Assembly (NCBI GenBank): GCA_963767275.1
Contig: CAVYDL010000006.1
Coordinates: 941,867-1,005,866 of the forward strand
DNA length: 64,000 nucleotides
DNA from: an uncultured delta proteobacterium
GTDB taxonomy: Bacteria > Desulfobacterota > Binatia > UBA9968
Direction: 5' to 3'
Numbering within the stretch: the first letter of the stretch is position 1; every line of letters begins with the position of its first letter. The notes beneath the pieces were generated by a model, which worked only from the letters and a program-made list of their open reading frames with translations, was not told the DNA's origin and ran no database searches. The translations under genes were made by a program, and so were the position numbers. Below, in pieces: positions 39,608-49,024 of the stretch.

Positions 39608-41083
39608 ATGAAATTCCCGATACTCATATCCATGTTTGCCGTGGCCAATCTATTTTTGAGTTTGCCTGCGTTTGCGAAAGACAAACCACCGACCGAACCC
39701 GTAGTGATCGACGACGGGGCCTACACTAGCTCTTTTATAAAGCTACATGCGAAGTGGACTAGCCCTAGTCCCGAATCGGGAACCGTCAAATTTAGATATC
39801 AAATCCGCGAGGGGTCAACTTCAGGCCCTATCATAGTTGGCTGGCAGTCGGTTGGTCTGGCAACCGAAATCACCCATCTTGGGTTAAGTCTTTTCAACGG
39901 GAAGACCTATTATATTGGGGTGAAGGCGATAAATAGCGAAGGCAAGACGTCCGACGTGGGTTACTCGGACGGGATCACAGTACAAAATAGTTCCGCACCG
40001 CCGCCACCACCGCCACCGCCACCACCGCCGCCGCCACCACCGCCGCCGCCACCACCGCCACCACCACCACCGCCGCCACCACCAACGAGCGGGGTACTGG
40101 AAGGATTTGGCTCTCAAACATCAGGTGGTGCGGGGAAGCCAATCGTCTTTGTTAGCAATCTGAACGATTCCGGTCCAGGCTCTCTCAGGACTGCGCTGTC
40201 TGGTGGAGATAGGACGATTCAATTCTTGGTGGGTGGTTTGATCCCGCTTACCAGTACTCTGCGTGTGAATGGAGCAAATATCACGCTTGACGGTTGCAGT
40301 GCCCCTGCACCAGGAATCACTCTTGTTGGTCGTCCGGTAGACATTCGCGGCAACTACGGTGCGCACGATGTTATCGTTCAATGTATTCGTAGCCGAGATT
40401 CTATTGATGATGGTTTCACTATTAGCGAAGGGGCGTTTAACATAGTCCTGGATCGGGTAAGTGTTGCTAATGCTGCTGACGGAGCTATCGACATTGGTAG
40501 TTGGAACGGAAAGCATACGCACGATATAACTATCCAGCGTTCGTTAATGACTCAGCCACGTAAGATCATGTTGGTGAAATATTTTGATGTTAAACGGGTT
40601 AGTTTACATCATAATTTATTTGCTGATTCGACTGATCGGAGCCCGCGCATTGCCTATAACCAGAGCGGCGGGTTGCCAGCGAATGAAATTACCGTCGACT
40701 TGCGCAACAACGTGATCGCCAATTGGAGGGGAGGAATCGGCACGGATGCATCCTGCGGCGCTAAAGCCAATATAGTAGGAAATTACTTTTCCAATTCTGG
40801 TGCATCGGTGACCGATCAGAAGCAGGGAATCGTTGTGTCCAGTGCATCCGAAACTTGCCTCCAAGGTTTTGCATACGTGGAGGGCAACGAGAGTGCAGAT
40901 GTTCCGGATATAGACAACACGCCTTATATTCGCGTGCCCAAAGAAACCATCCCGTTTGCCGCACCACTGATCACAGAGCAGAACGCATGTGGCGCTGCGC
41001 AAATCGTTCTAGCCACGGCTGGCCATCCGATTCGCGACGACATTGATCAAGCTGCGGTCGGCAGAGTGAGAATCAATTGCTAA
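39608..41083 (+). CDS. Secreted multidomain polysaccharide lyase: FN3-like domain, ~30-residue polyproline linker, then a pectate-lyase-family-1-like beta-helix catalytic domain
   Basis: Signal peptide 'MKFPILISMFAVANLFLSLPAFA'. '...VKFRYQIREGS...YYIGVKAINSEGKTS' is FN3-like. Then come the Pro run and 'GKPIVFVSNLNDSGPGSLRTAL ... IVLDRVSV ... SLHHNLF ... DRSPRIAY' (PL1 vWiDH / HHN / RxPxxR-like motifs). Confidence 0.75.
   Translation: MKFPILISMFAVANLFLSLPAFAKDKPPTEPVVIDDGAYTSSFIKLHAKWTSPSPESGTVKFRYQIREGSTSGPIIVGWQSVGLATEITHLGLSLFNGKTYYIGVKAINSEGKTSDVGYSDGITVQNSSAPPPPPPPPPPPPPPPPPPPPPPPPPPPPPTSGVLEGFGSQTSGGAGKPIVFVSNLNDSGPGSLRTALSGGDRTIQFLVGGLIPLTSTLRVNGANITLDGCSAPAPGITLVGRPVDIRGNYGAHDVIVQCIRSRDSIDDGFTISEGAFNIVLDRVSVANAADGAIDIGSWNGKHTHDITIQRSLMTQPRKIMLVKYFDVKRVSLHHNLFADSTDRSPRIAYNQSGGLPANEITVDLRNNVIANWRGGIGTDASCGAKANIVGNYFSNSGASVTDQKQGIVVSSASETCLQGFAYVEGNESADVPDIDNTPYIRVPKETIPFAAPLITEQNACGAAQIVLATAGHPIRDDIDQAAVGRVRINC
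39996..40084 (+). repeat. (CCG/CCA)n simple repeat encoding ~29 consecutive prolines
   Basis: An uninterrupted run of ccg/cca codons. The antisense strand reads as a W/R-rich ORF, which is an artefact. Confidence 0.9.
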
Positions 41084-41224
41084 ATGGCTTGGCATGTCTC
41101 CACAGTCCCGATAGCGGCGAGACGGAACTAACGCATCACTCGATGGCTTGGCGCGGCTTTGTTCCGGTGAACGCAGCGCCGGTTACATAGACGCCGGTAT
41201 CGTCAATCTTTTTTCAGCAGCCAA

Positions 41225-41506
41225 ATGACTACGACTGCTCGGCCTAGTTCAGCGTTGGCAAACAAACTGCCATCGGCAACAAGCCCCTTGTTATTTGCCG
41301 AATATGAACACGGAATCATCGTGTCGTCGTTTCAGAAGGGTTTGGCTGCGGCCTTTGCGGTATCTGAGGGTGTAGGTAACGGGGCGCCTGGATCCCTCGA
41401 TGAATTTATGGCGAGCTTGCCGGACAACATGGTTCCCTCACGCTCCGGTAACAATCTTTACCTGACCGGTTCAGGAAAAGTTGCAGTTGCGGATCTGCTA
41501 AATTGA
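41225..41506 (+). CDS. Hypothetical small protein (93 aa); weak call
   Basis: An ORF in a 640-nt gap with no recognisable motif. Confidence 0.2.
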   Translation: MTTTARPSSALANKLPSATSPLLFAEYEHGIIVSSFQKGLAAAFAVSEGVGNGAPGSLDEFMASLPDNMVPSRSGNNLYLTGSGKVAVADLLN

Positions 41507-41721
41507 CATTTTCTTTTCAGGATAGCCCGCCGTAAACCCGCGTTCTTGGATAAGCGACCCAATACATAAATTCTCCCGTCGGGCTCATAATCCTTCTGGA
41601 AGTTGCAACGGGTTTTACCGCCCCGGCGGCCTCGTTGACTAAGCTTCGCTGTGTGAGGTAAAAACTCGGGCAGCGTCGTGGCGTGCTCGAGAGCGTCCAC
41701 CCGGCCTGAAAGGACCCAATT

Positions 41722-43398
41722 ATGGCGATTCTAGAAACGCTGAATAAAGGCTTTAAGAGAATCGGCGCGGCGAGGCTGGGTCTTCTAGTAACCGTGACAA
41801 TTCTCTCCGCGCTCTATCCAGCTATTCCATCCCTGGCACAACCGTATCAAGGATTTGGAGCGAATACGCCAGGCGGGACGGGGCAGCCAGTTTACCAGGT
41901 GACAAACCTCAACGATTCCGGACCCGGAAGCCTGCGTGACGCCGTGTCTCTGGGAAATCGGACCGTCGTGTTCGATGTGGCCGGGGAGATTGTGCTTTCA
42001 AGTGAGATCTACGTGAAAGGCGCTTTCATCACCATCGATGGTTTTAGCGCCCCCTCGCCGATAACTCTGGTTAACGATGGCCTGAGAATCGTCGGGAATA
42101 TCGGCGCACATGACATCATCGTGCGGGGAATACGGGTGCGGAATGCTATAGGGGATAGCATCACGATCCGTGACGGGGCGCATAACGTTCTCATCGATCA
42201 TATCTCCTCCCAGGGGGCGACCGATGGGGCCATCGACATCACCAGGGGCGCGCACGACGTGACTGTCCAGTGGAGTATCCTCGCTGAGAACGGGCCGGAA
42301 CATAACTTCCTGGCATTGGTTGAGTTTCAAGCCCTACGTGTCACCTTTCATCACAACCTGTTTGTGAAAGGGCAAAGTCGAAACCCGCAGTCCGGCTGGG
42401 ATACTACTTTAGCCACAACCGCGCCGGAGATCGTCACTGATATCCGCAACAACCTGATTTGGGATTTCTCTGATTACGGGACCGTGGCTACTAAGAAGAC
42501 GAAAGCCAATGTAGTGAACAACTTTTACTATTCCTCGCTTAATCCGAAAGCTAAAAGAGCACTCTATGTGACTCAGGGCAGCCAGGTCTTTGCCGCAGGC
42601 AACTACAGTCATAACGGTGCGAACGTTGATGGGGAGGGGAATCAGCAGGCTCCTTTCCCTGTCCATGAAGGTGCGGTGGATATCACCGACGCCTGCACCG
42701 CTGCTCACCAGGTACTTGCCGAGGCGGGAGTAAATCCGCGGGACGTAGTAGACCAGCAGTATCTCTCGGCCGTGTCGCTACCGTCATGCGGTGCGCCTAA
42801 CCCAACTATCGCAGTCAGCCCGGCTGGGCTCAATTTTTCGGCCACCATCGGGGCACCAAACCCATCCCCGAAGGTACTGACGATCACCGACTCTGGTGGT
42901 GGCGTGTCTTGGAATGCGACTATCAGTGCGCCGTGGCTCTCAGTTTCCCCTATGGGAGGGAAAACTCCATCTAATGTGACGGTGACCGCGAACTCGTCCG
43001 GCCTGCCGGTAGGCTCCCACCTAACGACGATTAGCATTATCGCTCCAGACGCAGAGAATCCTCCATTGTCGGTCCCGGTAACTCTGACAGTGTCCCCCAC
43101 TGTTACGACGATACCCCAGATCACTACGCCGATACCAGGTGCAGCACTTCCGGGTTCAAGCGTCACTTTCGGCTGGGTCACCAACGGTGCGAATGTCGAC
43201 AAGTGGCAGCTGTATGTCGGGTCCAGTCAAGGCGCGAAAAACCTTCACGACAGTGGCAAGTTTGGCGGAAGTTCAACCACCTCTAAAACTGTATCCGGCT
43301 TGCCGGTCGATGGACGCACAATCTGGGTGCAACTTCGCTTCAAAATCGGCGCGAATTGGCAGTTCGCCGATTTTCAGTACACCGCTGCTCCGCAGTAA
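41722..43398 (+). CDS. Secreted PL1-like polysaccharide lyase with a C-terminal BACON-like/Ig-like domain and a further beta-sandwich domain
   Basis: 'AQPYQGFGANTPGGTGQPVYQVTNLNDSGPGSLRDAV', 'VLIDHIS', 'VTFHHNLF' and 'SRNPQSGW' are the PL1 motifs. The C-terminal 'AVSPAGLNFSATIGAPNPSPKVLTITDSGGGVSWNATISAPWLSVSPMGGKTPSNVTVTA' fits the BACON pattern. Confidence 0.75.
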   Translation: MAILETLNKGFKRIGAARLGLLVTVTILSALYPAIPSLAQPYQGFGANTPGGTGQPVYQVTNLNDSGPGSLRDAVSLGNRTVVFDVAGEIVLSSEIYVKGAFITIDGFSAPSPITLVNDGLRIVGNIGAHDIIVRGIRVRNAIGDSITIRDGAHNVLIDHISSQGATDGAIDITRGAHDVTVQWSILAENGPEHNFLALVEFQALRVTFHHNLFVKGQSRNPQSGWDTTLATTAPEIVTDIRNNLIWDFSDYGTVATKKTKANVVNNFYYSSLNPKAKRALYVTQGSQVFAAGNYSHNGANVDGEGNQQAPFPVHEGAVDITDACTAAHQVLAEAGVNPRDVVDQQYLSAVSLPSCGAPNPTIAVSPAGLNFSATIGAPNPSPKVLTITDSGGGVSWNATISAPWLSVSPMGGKTPSNVTVTANSSGLPVGSHLTTISIIAPDAENPPLSVPVTLTVSPTVTTIPQITTPIPGAALPGSSVTFGWVTNGANVDKWQLYVGSSQGAKNLHDSGKFGGSSTTSKTVSGLPVDGRTIWVQLRFKIGANWQFADFQYTAAPQ

Positions 43399-43558
43399 TT
43401 CATTGAGAGCCAGGGGAAGACTTGGCGTGATCCGCTCTGCAACTGTGGTGGCGGACTGAGTTCATTGCACCGAAATTCACGACCCACCCTTCAGGCCATC
43501 CATTGCAACCCCGGCGACGACAAAATTCGCCAAACCAACTGGTATCATAAGACCGGAC

Positions 43559-43835
43559 GATGAGATCGCCTGATTTTTTATAGTCGGAGCGCCAAAGTGT
43601 GGTACGACGGGGATGCATCATTATCTCAACCAGCATCCAGAGATCTTCATGTCCGAAAAGGAACTGCACTTCTTCGGCAGTGATCCTCCCCGCTCTTTTC
43701 GTTGACTAGCCAGAGCCTTGGGGCTTCGGCGGAATCGACACGGCGGGTACAAAGGCTGGCTGAAGCGCTTGAATACTAGCCACGCGAAACTACTACCCAT
43801 AAACCCGGAACTGAGACGCAGCCTGCAGAAATAGT
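43559..43835 (+). pseudogene. Remnant of a subtype-B sulfotransferase, with a frameshift at codon 7 and a ~600-nt internal deletion
   Basis: 'atgagatcgcctgatttttta' is near-identical at the DNA level to the 38159 start. It retains only the N-terminal ~40 codons ('GAPKCGTTGMHHYLNQHPEIFMSEKELHFFG') joined directly to the C-terminal '...RRNRHGGYKGWLKRLNTSHAKLLPINPELRRSLQK'. Confidence 0.6.
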
Positions 43836-43889
43836 TTTCTCCGCAGTCGAGCAGCTCAGTAGTTTACCCCGCCGTGACCAAATGCACTG

Positions 43890-45506
43890 GTGCAACCGAT
43901 GAAAGAATATACCGAGCCTGCGCGTCTCTCCCTATCCGGCGAACGCGTTGCGCATGTCCTTGGCGCCCTAGGATTTGCATCGGTCGGAAGATTCTTGTTC
44001 TGGTCGTTGGCATTCGGTGTTGCCTACACGCAAGCACCGCTTTACACGTCAAATCAAAACACCAAATTTCTTATTGGATTGGCAGACGCTGGTTTGGGAT
44101 TTTTGAACGAGGACTGGCTGGCCAATACCTTAGACCCTTTTCCGCTCTTTAGCTTCTTAGTCTATGCGACTTATCGCTACCTTCACGCAAACGCGTTCTA
44201 CTTCTACAATATTATTATCTTCGGCGTTTATCTTTATAGCGTGGCAGGGATCGTGGCGAAAATCTGCAACATCAAGGAACCACGACCTAAATATCTTACG
44301 TTCCTGGTCACTACTATTGCACTTCATTCTTACGTTTTAGACTCTCTCTCTATGAGAATTTTTGGTTTTGAACTGGCACAGCTCCACTATGGCATGGCCG
44401 AATATCATATCATCGGGCGAATATTTCAGCCTAGCGTATTTGGCGTTTTCATTCTCTTATCAATCTACGCGTTTCTTAGTAAACGTCTCTTTTCGGCTGC
44501 TTTTTTGTTGGTTTTCGCGGCAATAATTCATCCCACTTACCTTTTAATTTCTGCGGTACTGACAGTCGCATATATGTTAGTTGTTTACCGAGAGGAAAAA
44601 AGCTTAAAGAAGTCACTCTCTCTAGGGCTTTTCAATCTGACGTTGATACTGCCGGTCTTGGGCTATCTCTTCATCTACTTTAGCCCAACGTCGCCTGAGT
44701 TGTGGAGCAACTCGAAAGCGGTGTTGATCAATATCAGGAGCCCGCATCACTTCAACCCGGAAGTTTGGCTTGGCGGGCTCGTGTATATCAAACTAGGCAT
44801 TACGGCAGTGGCTATTTATCTGGTCAGAAACACGCGGCTTTTCCCGATCATGTTGTTACCTTTTGCGGTTGCCGTAATTCTGACCATGACACAGGTAATA
44901 TGGGGAAATAACGGCCTTGCGGCTCTTACGCCCTGGCGTATGTTCATTGTCTTAGTGCCGCTGGCGCTCGCTATTATTGTCGGATATCTCGTTTCGCGAT
45001 TTTTCGAGAAGTTCTTCAATCCGGCCGGGGAACGATATGCAGTAACGACTCTGGTAAATTTTACGGTACTGCTGGTGCTGGTTCTCTATGGCGCGAATAC
45101 GCAGATGAAACGTTTTACGAATTACTATGGCGGCGAAACGATGCCGATGATGAACTTTGTAAGGGAAGCGAAATCTTTCGGTGACAACTTTCTCATACCC
45201 GTCGAATTTGAAGACTTTCGACTTTATACAGGCGCGCCTATCTTGGTAAATTTCAAGTCAGGGCCATACAAGGATACTGAATACATGGAGTGGTATCAGC
45301 GCTTCATCGGAGCTAGCGATTTTTACAATGCCCGGGACGAGGCCGCTTGCGACATTCTTCAAAGGTTGCACGATAGGTACAAGCTAACGCACGTTGTCGT
45401 CAAAGGCGCCCATCCCGGCGCACGGTGCGGGAATTTGGCGAAATTATACGAAGATGATCACTATAGCGTTTATAGAATACAGAAAGAGAATTCATCAGGC
45501 AGCTAG
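43890..45506 (+). CDS. Polytopic integral membrane protein of unknown function with a C-terminal soluble domain. It is a possible GT-C-like glycosyltransferase or polymerase, but that is speculative.
   Basis: There are at least 11 hydrophobic segments in residues 1-400, and a hydrophilic tail 'YGGETMPMMNFVREAKSFGDNFLIPVEFEDF...'. I see no diagnostic motif. Confidence 0.55.
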   Translation: MQPMKEYTEPARLSLSGERVAHVLGALGFASVGRFLFWSLAFGVAYTQAPLYTSNQNTKFLIGLADAGLGFLNEDWLANTLDPFPLFSFLVYATYRYLHANAFYFYNIIIFGVYLYSVAGIVAKICNIKEPRPKYLTFLVTTIALHSYVLDSLSMRIFGFELAQLHYGMAEYHIIGRIFQPSVFGVFILLSIYAFLSKRLFSAAFLLVFAAIIHPTYLLISAVLTVAYMLVVYREEKSLKKSLSLGLFNLTLILPVLGYLFIYFSPTSPELWSNSKAVLINIRSPHHFNPEVWLGGLVYIKLGITAVAIYLVRNTRLFPIMLLPFAVAVILTMTQVIWGNNGLAALTPWRMFIVLVPLALAIIVGYLVSRFFEKFFNPAGERYAVTTLVNFTVLLVLVLYGANTQMKRFTNYYGGETMPMMNFVREAKSFGDNFLIPVEFEDFRLYTGAPILVNFKSGPYKDTEYMEWYQRFIGASDFYNARDEAACDILQRLHDRYKLTHVVVKGAHPGARCGNLAKLYEDDHYSVYRIQKENSSGS

Positions 45507-46040
45507 CGGCTGCTTTCGGCGAAAACGACCACAGCCGCCGGCTATAAGACCGGCCACATACAAGTATTTAGATCTCCACGGGCATAGTTAATCCCAGTCA
45601 AGTTAACGGTTTCAAGAGACGTTCGGCGGCTGCCGACCGACGGTCGTACTATTATATGGGTACAACTACGGTTCCAAATTGATTGCGCACAGCAATTTGC
45701 CGATTTTCATTTCAAAGTCGCGCCTAGGTAATTAGCGGCGTTGTGTAGACCACCGCAATCTCTCGCCGCGGGAACCGCGCAGCTCGCTGCTTCAACTCAT
45801 GACAAGGCTCTTTGCCACGCATATTAATATCAACCGAGCAGGTGAGAATCGTGAGAAGCTCGCTTTGAGTCGTCGGCGGGTTTTTGCCGGCACCTCATTT
45901 TAGCGCTTATTCATCGAGCGACCCCTTTGTATCGCTGGTTTGGCCCGGCAGGCCGGTACGAATGGTAGGCGTGACATGCCTGATCGCGTCAACTCGCGGT
46001 CCTAATCCATCTCTGTCCCTTCTTCAAACACAGCGCAGAC

Positions 46041-47735
46041 ATGAAAAGAGATCCTTCGCGACTGGCTGGTCGGATTTTCGATATTGCTGTCGTCGGCGGG
46101 GGAATCTATGGGATGAGCGTGGCGAGAGACGCCGCCTTAAGAGGACTGACGGTAAGCTTGGTCGAGCAAGGGGACTTCGGCAATGCCGCTTCCTCGAATC
46201 ATCACAAGATCATCCATGGAGGGTTTCGATATCTGCAACACGCGGACTTTTCAAGGATGCGCGAATCAATTAAGGAGCGCAACATTCTTATGCGAATGGC
46301 TCCGCATCTCGTCCACCCATTACCGTGCGTCATACCGACTTACGGTCACCGTCTAAAAGAAAAACTCATGTTTGCGGTGGCGCTGAAGTTAAATGATTTG
46401 ATCAGCTTTGATCGCAATCGAAAGCTGCGAGAGGACCAAAAAATCCCCGCTGGACGTATTTTATCAACGGCGCAATGTCTGCAGCTTTGCCCCAATATCG
46501 ATCAACGCGGGTTGAGTGGAGGCGCACTTTTTTTCGACGCCCAGGTCGACAACCCCGACCGTCTCAACCTATCGGTTTTGTTTTCCGCCGCAGCGGCCGG
46601 GGCGGACTTCGCAAATTACGTGGAGATGACTGAATTCCTGCGAGACGGTTCTGCGGTTTCAGGCATACGGGTTAGGGATACGCTTTCGGGAGCAGAGTTT
46701 GCGATTCGCGCTCGGGTTGTTGTCAATTGCACCGGTCCTAGGCCGGAGCAGGTTCTCCACTTGCTCGGACGGCCGCCGAGCGAAATACCTACTAAGCTGT
46801 TGAAAGCGATAGTACTGGTAACGCGGCCTGTAGTGGGCAATACAGCGGTTGGCATACGCAGTACATCGCCCTATACCGATCGAGACGCCGTGGTTCAAAA
46901 AGGGTACAGGTTCTTTTTTATCACACCCTGGCGACATAAGTCGCTGGTCGGCACGTTTGAAACCCCGTACAAAGCGGATCGCGACGGCCGGGATGTAAGT
47001 GAAAACGAGATTACGGATTTCCTCCGACAAATCAACGATGCTTTCTCGGGTGCCCGCCTTCAACGGGAGGACGTGGTTGGAGTTTTGAGCGGCCTTGTCC
47101 CCGCTGCTGACGCGGCGGAGCAAAATAGTCACGCGCAACGCCAGAATCACTGGACCATACGAGATCACGGAGCCGAAGACGGTATACCAGGGCTGCTATC
47201 TGTTGTCGGAGTGAAATATACGACGGCGAGAGGCATTGCCGAGAGAACCGTCAACCTGGTGTTAACGAAACTTGGCCGCAAGTTTATAAGATCTCGAACT
47301 GCGGAAACTCCAGTGGCCGGGGCCGTCATCAATGGCTGGGACGAATTTGCCGATCGAGCGGCAAAAGAACGCACTAGGCGGATCAGCACGGAGACGCTTA
47401 GGCATTTGTTGCAGTGCTACGGATCTGAATACCGCAATATTCTGCGCTATTGCGACGAAGATTCGCGCTGGAGCCGGTCTATCAGCAGTGACGCGCCGAC
47501 GATACGGGCTGAAGTGCTCCATGGCATACGGTCCGAGATGGCTCGCAAACTGAGCGATATCATTTTCCGACGCACGGAGTTAGGGACGGCGGGGCATCCA
47601 GGAGATGCATGCCTGCACGCGTCCGCGGAAATCATGCGCGCTGAATTGAACTGGAACAAAGCAACCATGTTTCGAGAGTTGGATGAAGTTCAGCAGGGAT
47701 TTTCTTACGAAAGACAACCAAGCCGTGCAGGTTGA
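46041..47735 (+). CDS. FAD-dependent oxidoreductase, glycerol-3-phosphate dehydrogenase (GlpD/GlpA)-like
   Basis: 'DIAVVGGGIYGMSVARDAALRGLTVSLVEQGDFGNAASSNHHKIIHGGFRYL' matches the GlpD N-terminal FAD-binding region closely. Confidence 0.75.
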   Translation: MKRDPSRLAGRIFDIAVVGGGIYGMSVARDAALRGLTVSLVEQGDFGNAASSNHHKIIHGGFRYLQHADFSRMRESIKERNILMRMAPHLVHPLPCVIPTYGHRLKEKLMFAVALKLNDLISFDRNRKLREDQKIPAGRILSTAQCLQLCPNIDQRGLSGGALFFDAQVDNPDRLNLSVLFSAAAAGADFANYVEMTEFLRDGSAVSGIRVRDTLSGAEFAIRARVVVNCTGPRPEQVLHLLGRPPSEIPTKLLKAIVLVTRPVVGNTAVGIRSTSPYTDRDAVVQKGYRFFFITPWRHKSLVGTFETPYKADRDGRDVSENEITDFLRQINDAFSGARLQREDVVGVLSGLVPAADAAEQNSHAQRQNHWTIRDHGAEDGIPGLLSVVGVKYTTARGIAERTVNLVLTKLGRKFIRSRTAETPVAGAVINGWDEFADRAAKERTRRISTETLRHLLQCYGSEYRNILRYCDEDSRWSRSISSDAPTIRAEVLHGIRSEMARKLSDIIFRRTELGTAGHPGDACLHASAEIMRAELNWNKATMFRELDEVQQGFSYERQPSRAG

Positions 47736-47748
47736 CAATCTGAAAATT

Positions 47749-49024
47749 CTGATGATCGCACCCACGCCATTTTTTGCGGACCGTGGGTGTCACATCCGTA
47801 TTCTAGGCGAAGCCAAGGCGCTGATTAACTTAGGCCACGAATTAATCCTGTGTACGTATTTCCTCGGTCGGGATATCGAAGGTGTCCGGGTTGTGCGTAC
47901 CTTGTCCGTTCCGTGGTACAACAAGCTGTCTGCCGGACCATCATGGCATAAGTTCTACATCGATTTGTTACTGTTGGGAAAAGTCGTCTCGGTGTGCCGT
48001 ACGTTTCGGCCCCATGTCATTCACGCGCATCTACATGAGGGAGTCGTTATCGGCAAGATCGCAAGTCTGCTTTTTGGGATTCCGCTGGTTGCGGATCTTC
48101 AGGGCGGCCTGACCGATGAGCTCCTGGCTCACAGGTTCATCCCAGAGGTCCCCATCTTGGTAAAGCTCGTCCGCTGGATTGAGAAAAAGATCGACCAGAT
48201 GCCGATACACCTGATTGTCAGCTCCAAGCAAACTGCCCAGAGCTGCGTCGATACCTATGGTATCTCTGGAGACCGGGTCAGTTCGGTGACCGACGGCGTC
48301 GATCTCGATATTTTTTCGCCGCGCGAAAAAGATTTGGTTCTGCAAGCGGCTCTAGGCATTCACAAAGGCGGTGGGAACGATGAATGATAGGGTGGTCATT
48401 TTCGTTGGGCTGCTTTCCCAATATCAGGGAATAGACTTGTTGCTGGAGACTATACCTATTGTGGCGCGAGAAGTACCCGAGGTGAAGTTTTTGATCGTCG
48501 GATATCCGGGTGAACAAATTTATCGGGATAGGGCGCGCGCGTTGGGAGTAGAGAGATGGACCCATTTCACCGGCAGGATTTCCTACGAAGATGTGCCGCG
48601 TTATCTGGCGTTGGCGGAGGTCGCGGTTTCTCCGAAGATTTCTACTACGGAGGCGAATTTAAAGCTGTTCACATACATGGCTATGGGACTTCCGACGGTC
48701 GTTTTTGATAATCCCATTAACCGTGAAATTCTCGATGATGTCGGAATCTATGCTAAATATGGCGACGTAGAATCGCTGGCGGCGGCATTGATCAGAGTTC
48801 TTCAAGATCGAGCATGGGGTCGCCAACTCGGTGAGCGGAGCCGCCAAAAAGCAGCGGCCAGCCATTCTTGGTTACAAGTCGGAAGACGATTGGGCGACAT
48901 CTACCATTCGATAGGCGCTTATACTGCCTCGGATCCGAAGGAGCGACACAATGGGCAAGGAAAAGGTATTAGTCACAGGGGGGGCCGGTTTCATCGGTTC
49001 CCATTTAGTAAACGAATTGGTTAG
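47749..49024 (+). CDS. GT4 family glycosyltransferase, with a frameshift near 48360-48385
   Basis: 'KILMIAPTPFFADRGCHIRIL' (N-domain) and 'VVIFVGLLSQYQGIDLL...FLIVGYPGEQ...VAVSPKISTTEANLKLFTYMAMGLPTVVFD' (C-domain) are in two frames. Confidence 0.65.

Noticed and set aside
39884-40117. Minus-strand ORF encoding a Trp/Arg-rich peptide (WWWRRWWWW...)
   Set aside because: It is the antisense reading of the (CCG/CCA)n polyproline tract of the PL1 lyase gene, so it is a compositional artefact.
45507-46040. 534-nt non-coding gap, checked for tRNA or ncRNA genes
   Set aside because: No cloverleaf-compatible segments and no T-loop GTTCRANYC-like motif were found. It is probably a promoter/UTR region for the GlpD-like gene. 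Nothing could be supported beyond a weak 7-bp stem (45502-45540) after the membrane-protein gene.
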